Below are positions 61,712-64,000 of a stretch of DNA of 64,000 nucleotides, one piece after another; within the stretch, counting starts at the first letter, position 1; the number at the start of each line of letters is the position of its first letter. A model generated the notes under the pieces. It ran no database searches. It saw only the letters and a list, made by a program, of their open reading frames with translations, and was not told where the DNA came from. The DNA comes from Verrucomicrobiales bacterium (GTDB lineage Bacteria > Verrucomicrobiota > Verrucomicrobiia > Verrucomicrobiales > DEV007): the NCBI GenBank assembly GCA_028047635.1, contig JAOFXR010000009.1, positions 14,902-78,901 of the forward strand, given 5' to 3'. The position numbers and the translations under genes are program-made.

Positions 61712-64000
61712 CTATTCGTCAGGCCGGCCCGTATCTTCCAACACATAGCGGAACCCGTAGTAGGATTCATTGACGCCATCAGGAACTACGTTCCGATAAC
61801 TCCATTTTAACATCGTCCCATCGTAGGTATTCCAACCACCGCCGCGCAGAACCCGGTAATTACTGGCATCGCCATCGTAACGATCCGTAACCCACTCCCA
61901 AACGTTTCCTCCAAGATCGTAAAGACCACTTTTAGTCGGAGCAAAAGAGCCAACCGGCGAAGTCCTCTCATAGTGATCATTGTAACCTTCGATCACGCCC
62001 CCTCCGAATGAGTTCGCCGCCGCTTCGTCAGAGTAATTGCCCGCACCTTCAGGCGGAGGCCATGCTGTGCCCCACGGATATCCCGGCACGACTTGAAAAC
62101 TGCGTTCCTCCGGAGTCGATCCCGTCTCCCCGGTTACCCCCGCCAATTGGCTCCATTCGATATCGGTCGGAAGTCGATAACGCTGCCAGGGACGAATCAA
62201 GCTCAGCGCCCGCTCCTTCTCGGTGAGCCATTCGCAAAATGCGATCGCCCCGGCAAGATCAATCGCCTGCGGGTGATCCATCGTACGGCCCACTATGGGA
62301 ACGAAAGGGATACCATTTTCGACTCCTGAGCGGAATTCACGAAAATCACTGATCCGCGTTTCAAAGGCAGCAACCATCAGCTTTCCGACCGGAACCAATT
62401 TCATCTCCTGACTGTTCTTCCAGGGCTCTCCGTAAATGATCGACGCATCGCGAACTAATTCGATTATTTTTGCGATTGGCTCCTGAACATCGACCTCCCC
62501 CGAAACCGTAGCCACTTCGTAGCCCGGCAAAAACACATCGACCGCGTAAAGCCCCCGCCGCATTTCGCTGTAGACCAGTGGCGTCACGCCGAGATGTTTT
62601 TCACCGAGTAAAACAGCAGCGCCTTCAGGAACTGAATTTAAAATGAGAACCCCGGCGTCATTATCGAGATAACAGCGAAAAGAGTGATCCAACTCACTCT
62701 CACTTTTCTGCGGCCGGTAATACCACCCCTCTTTGAGGAATCCAACTTGCCGATCCTTTTCCGTCATCCACTCGCAAAAAGCCTGACGAATCAAATAGTC
62801 TGAAACGAAAGCAATCTCATTCGTTGAGGTTCTCGGATACTGCCTCTCAACCTCCTCAGCAAATTGATCAAAAAGAGCGACTGAGACCAACCCGGTCGAA
62901 AGGTAATGGCCACTTTCACCCTCGGGGATAAATGGCATCCCAAGGGAATTGACCCACGGCTCTCCCGGTATCGGACTGCGATCCTGAACCAACTTAGATA
63001 AAATCACCTGAAAACCCTCCTTCACCGTCCAGGTATCTTTCCAGTCGAGATAACCCTCTTTTTTCACAACCACATCCACATCACCGACATCCAGACTGAA
63101 AAGACGCGTCTCCGTTCGACCCTGGTCTTCCCCGTCGATAAAGACGCTCGCATTGCTTGGTTGGCTCATAATTTTCACCTGCCCCTGCGAAACGCTTTCT
63201 TCAATCGGCACCACAGTAGCAACCGTTTCGGTATCTCCCTTAGCGCCTTTGCTCTTGTCCTTCCCGGAATCCGACGGCCGATCAGTGATAATGATACCCG
63301 TCTCAATAGGGTCATCGCCGGGGAATTCAACGATCCCTGACTCGCCCGTCTCACCATCAGGCCCAACAACAACAACCTCCTCAATGACACGAGGATCATC
63401 TCCCTTGTCCTTGCCTTGATTACTGAACACAAAACTTCCACCATTCGTGGCCAGAAATGAGGCATTATCCTTCCAGAGCCAGTATCCTCCATAGCCAATC
63501 CCAACCAGAAAAGTGACCATGAACATCGCGATCACGAACTTCTTACCCGCGCTGGCACCGCTTCGACGGGACTGCCCGCCGTCCAGTCCCGTCACTGAGG
63601 CAAGAGCTTTGGCAAACACATGCGCCGACTCGAAGCGCTTTCGAGGGTCCGGAGATCCGGCCCTGCAAATGGCGGCATTGAGTGATCGCCATTCATCCCG
63701 ATTGACCGTCGGAGGAATCTCGAGGTTGGTCGGTAGTTCGGGAAAATCGAGCCGGTCTTTCCCCGTGTGCATTTCGTAGAGCACCATCGCAAGAGAATAG
63801 AGATCGGCAGAACTCGTTCCCGGGCCTTCCGGCGGCACATAACCCTCGGTTCCCACATAGGTGCGCTGCCCACTGGCAGCAACCAAACCTACATCAGCCA
63901 GCTTAGGTTTCCCTTTCACAAAAATAATGTTCGAGGGTTTCACGTCTCGATGGGTGAGCCCCGCCTGATGCAAGTGCCCCAGTGCCCCCGCCAGTGAAAC
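61712..64000 (-). CDS. Ser/Thr kinase-TM-PEGA-FGE/SUMF1 protein (5' end beyond window)
   Basis: HRDVKPSN, LADVG, GTEGYVPPE, PEGA repeats, GLYDLGGNVWEW. Confidence 0.88.
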   Translation of the reverse strand, partial: VSLAGALGHLHQAGLTHRDVKPSNIIFVKGKPKLADVGLVAASGQRTYVGTEGYVPPEGPGTSSADLYSLAMVLYEMHTGKDRLDFPELPTNLEIPPTVNRDEWRSLNAAICRAGSPDPRKRFESAHVFAKALASVTGLDGGQSRRSGASAGKKFVIAMFMVTFLVGIGYGGYWLWKDNASFLATNGGSFVFSNQGKDKGDDPRVIEEVVVVGPDGETGESGIVEFPGDDPIETGIIITDRPSDSGKDKSKGAKGDTETVATVVPIEESVSQGQVKIMSQPSNASVFIDGEDQGRTETRLFSLDVGDVDVVVKKEGYLDWKDTWTVKEGFQVILSKLVQDRSPIPGEPWVNSLGMPFIPEGESGHYLSTGLVSVALFDQFAEEVERQYPRTSTNEIAFVSDYLIRQAFCEWMTEKDRQVGFLKEGWYYRPQKSESELDHSFRCYLDNDAGVLILNSVPEGAAVLLGEKHLGVTPLVYSEMRRGLYAVDVFLPGYEVATVSGEVDVQEPIAKIIELVRDASIIYGEPWKNSQEMKLVPVGKLMVAAFETRISDFREFRSGVENGIPFVPIVGRTMDHPQAIDLAGAIAFCEWLTEKERALSLIRPWQRYRLPTDIEWSQLAGVTGETGSTPEERSFQVVPGYPWGTAWPPPEGAGNYSDEAAANSFGGGVIEGYNDHYERTSPVGSFAPTKSGLYDLGGNVWEWVTDRYDGDASNYRVLRGGGWNTYDGTMLKWSYRNVVPDGVNESYYGFRYVLEDTGRPDE

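Noticed and set aside
34094-64000. Diversity-generating retroelement targeting the FGE domains
   Set aside because: No reverse transcriptase and no near-identical template repeat seen in the window; a remote DGR cannot be excluded

Overview
Bacterial chromosome segment of moderate GC. Gene content points to a marine Verrucomicrobiota (PVC) organism; this is inferred from family recognition, not a search. Housekeeping genes are intact (prfA, rpmE, group-2 sigma70, fabF, rpsA, acpS, moaD, hpt, pdxH, cdd, asnS). About ten accessory genes are broken by in-frame stops, frameshifts or deletions, which suggests ongoing genome erosion. The most notable intact locus (22.7-29.1 kb, minus strand) is a run of Pro-rich roadblock scaffold, MglA-type small GTPase, MglB-type roadblock protein with a long acidic tail, ExbB/TolQ, ExbD/TolR, TonB-like protein and TM/Zn-ribbon protein. 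That is a candidate polarity switch coupled to a proton-motive-force motor, reminiscent of Myxococcus Mgl/Agl-Glt. Nearby are a bactofilin, a pseudo-receiver/pseudokinase/FGE protein, PEGA-FGE proteins and a GYF-RDD protein. The window also has a gpgS compatible-solute cluster, a CoA-ligase/thioesterase/ABC cluster, an ECF sigma with a chimeric TPR-vWA partner, a REP-like repeat and a poly-G tract. I found no rRNA, tRNA, CRISPR array or transposase.
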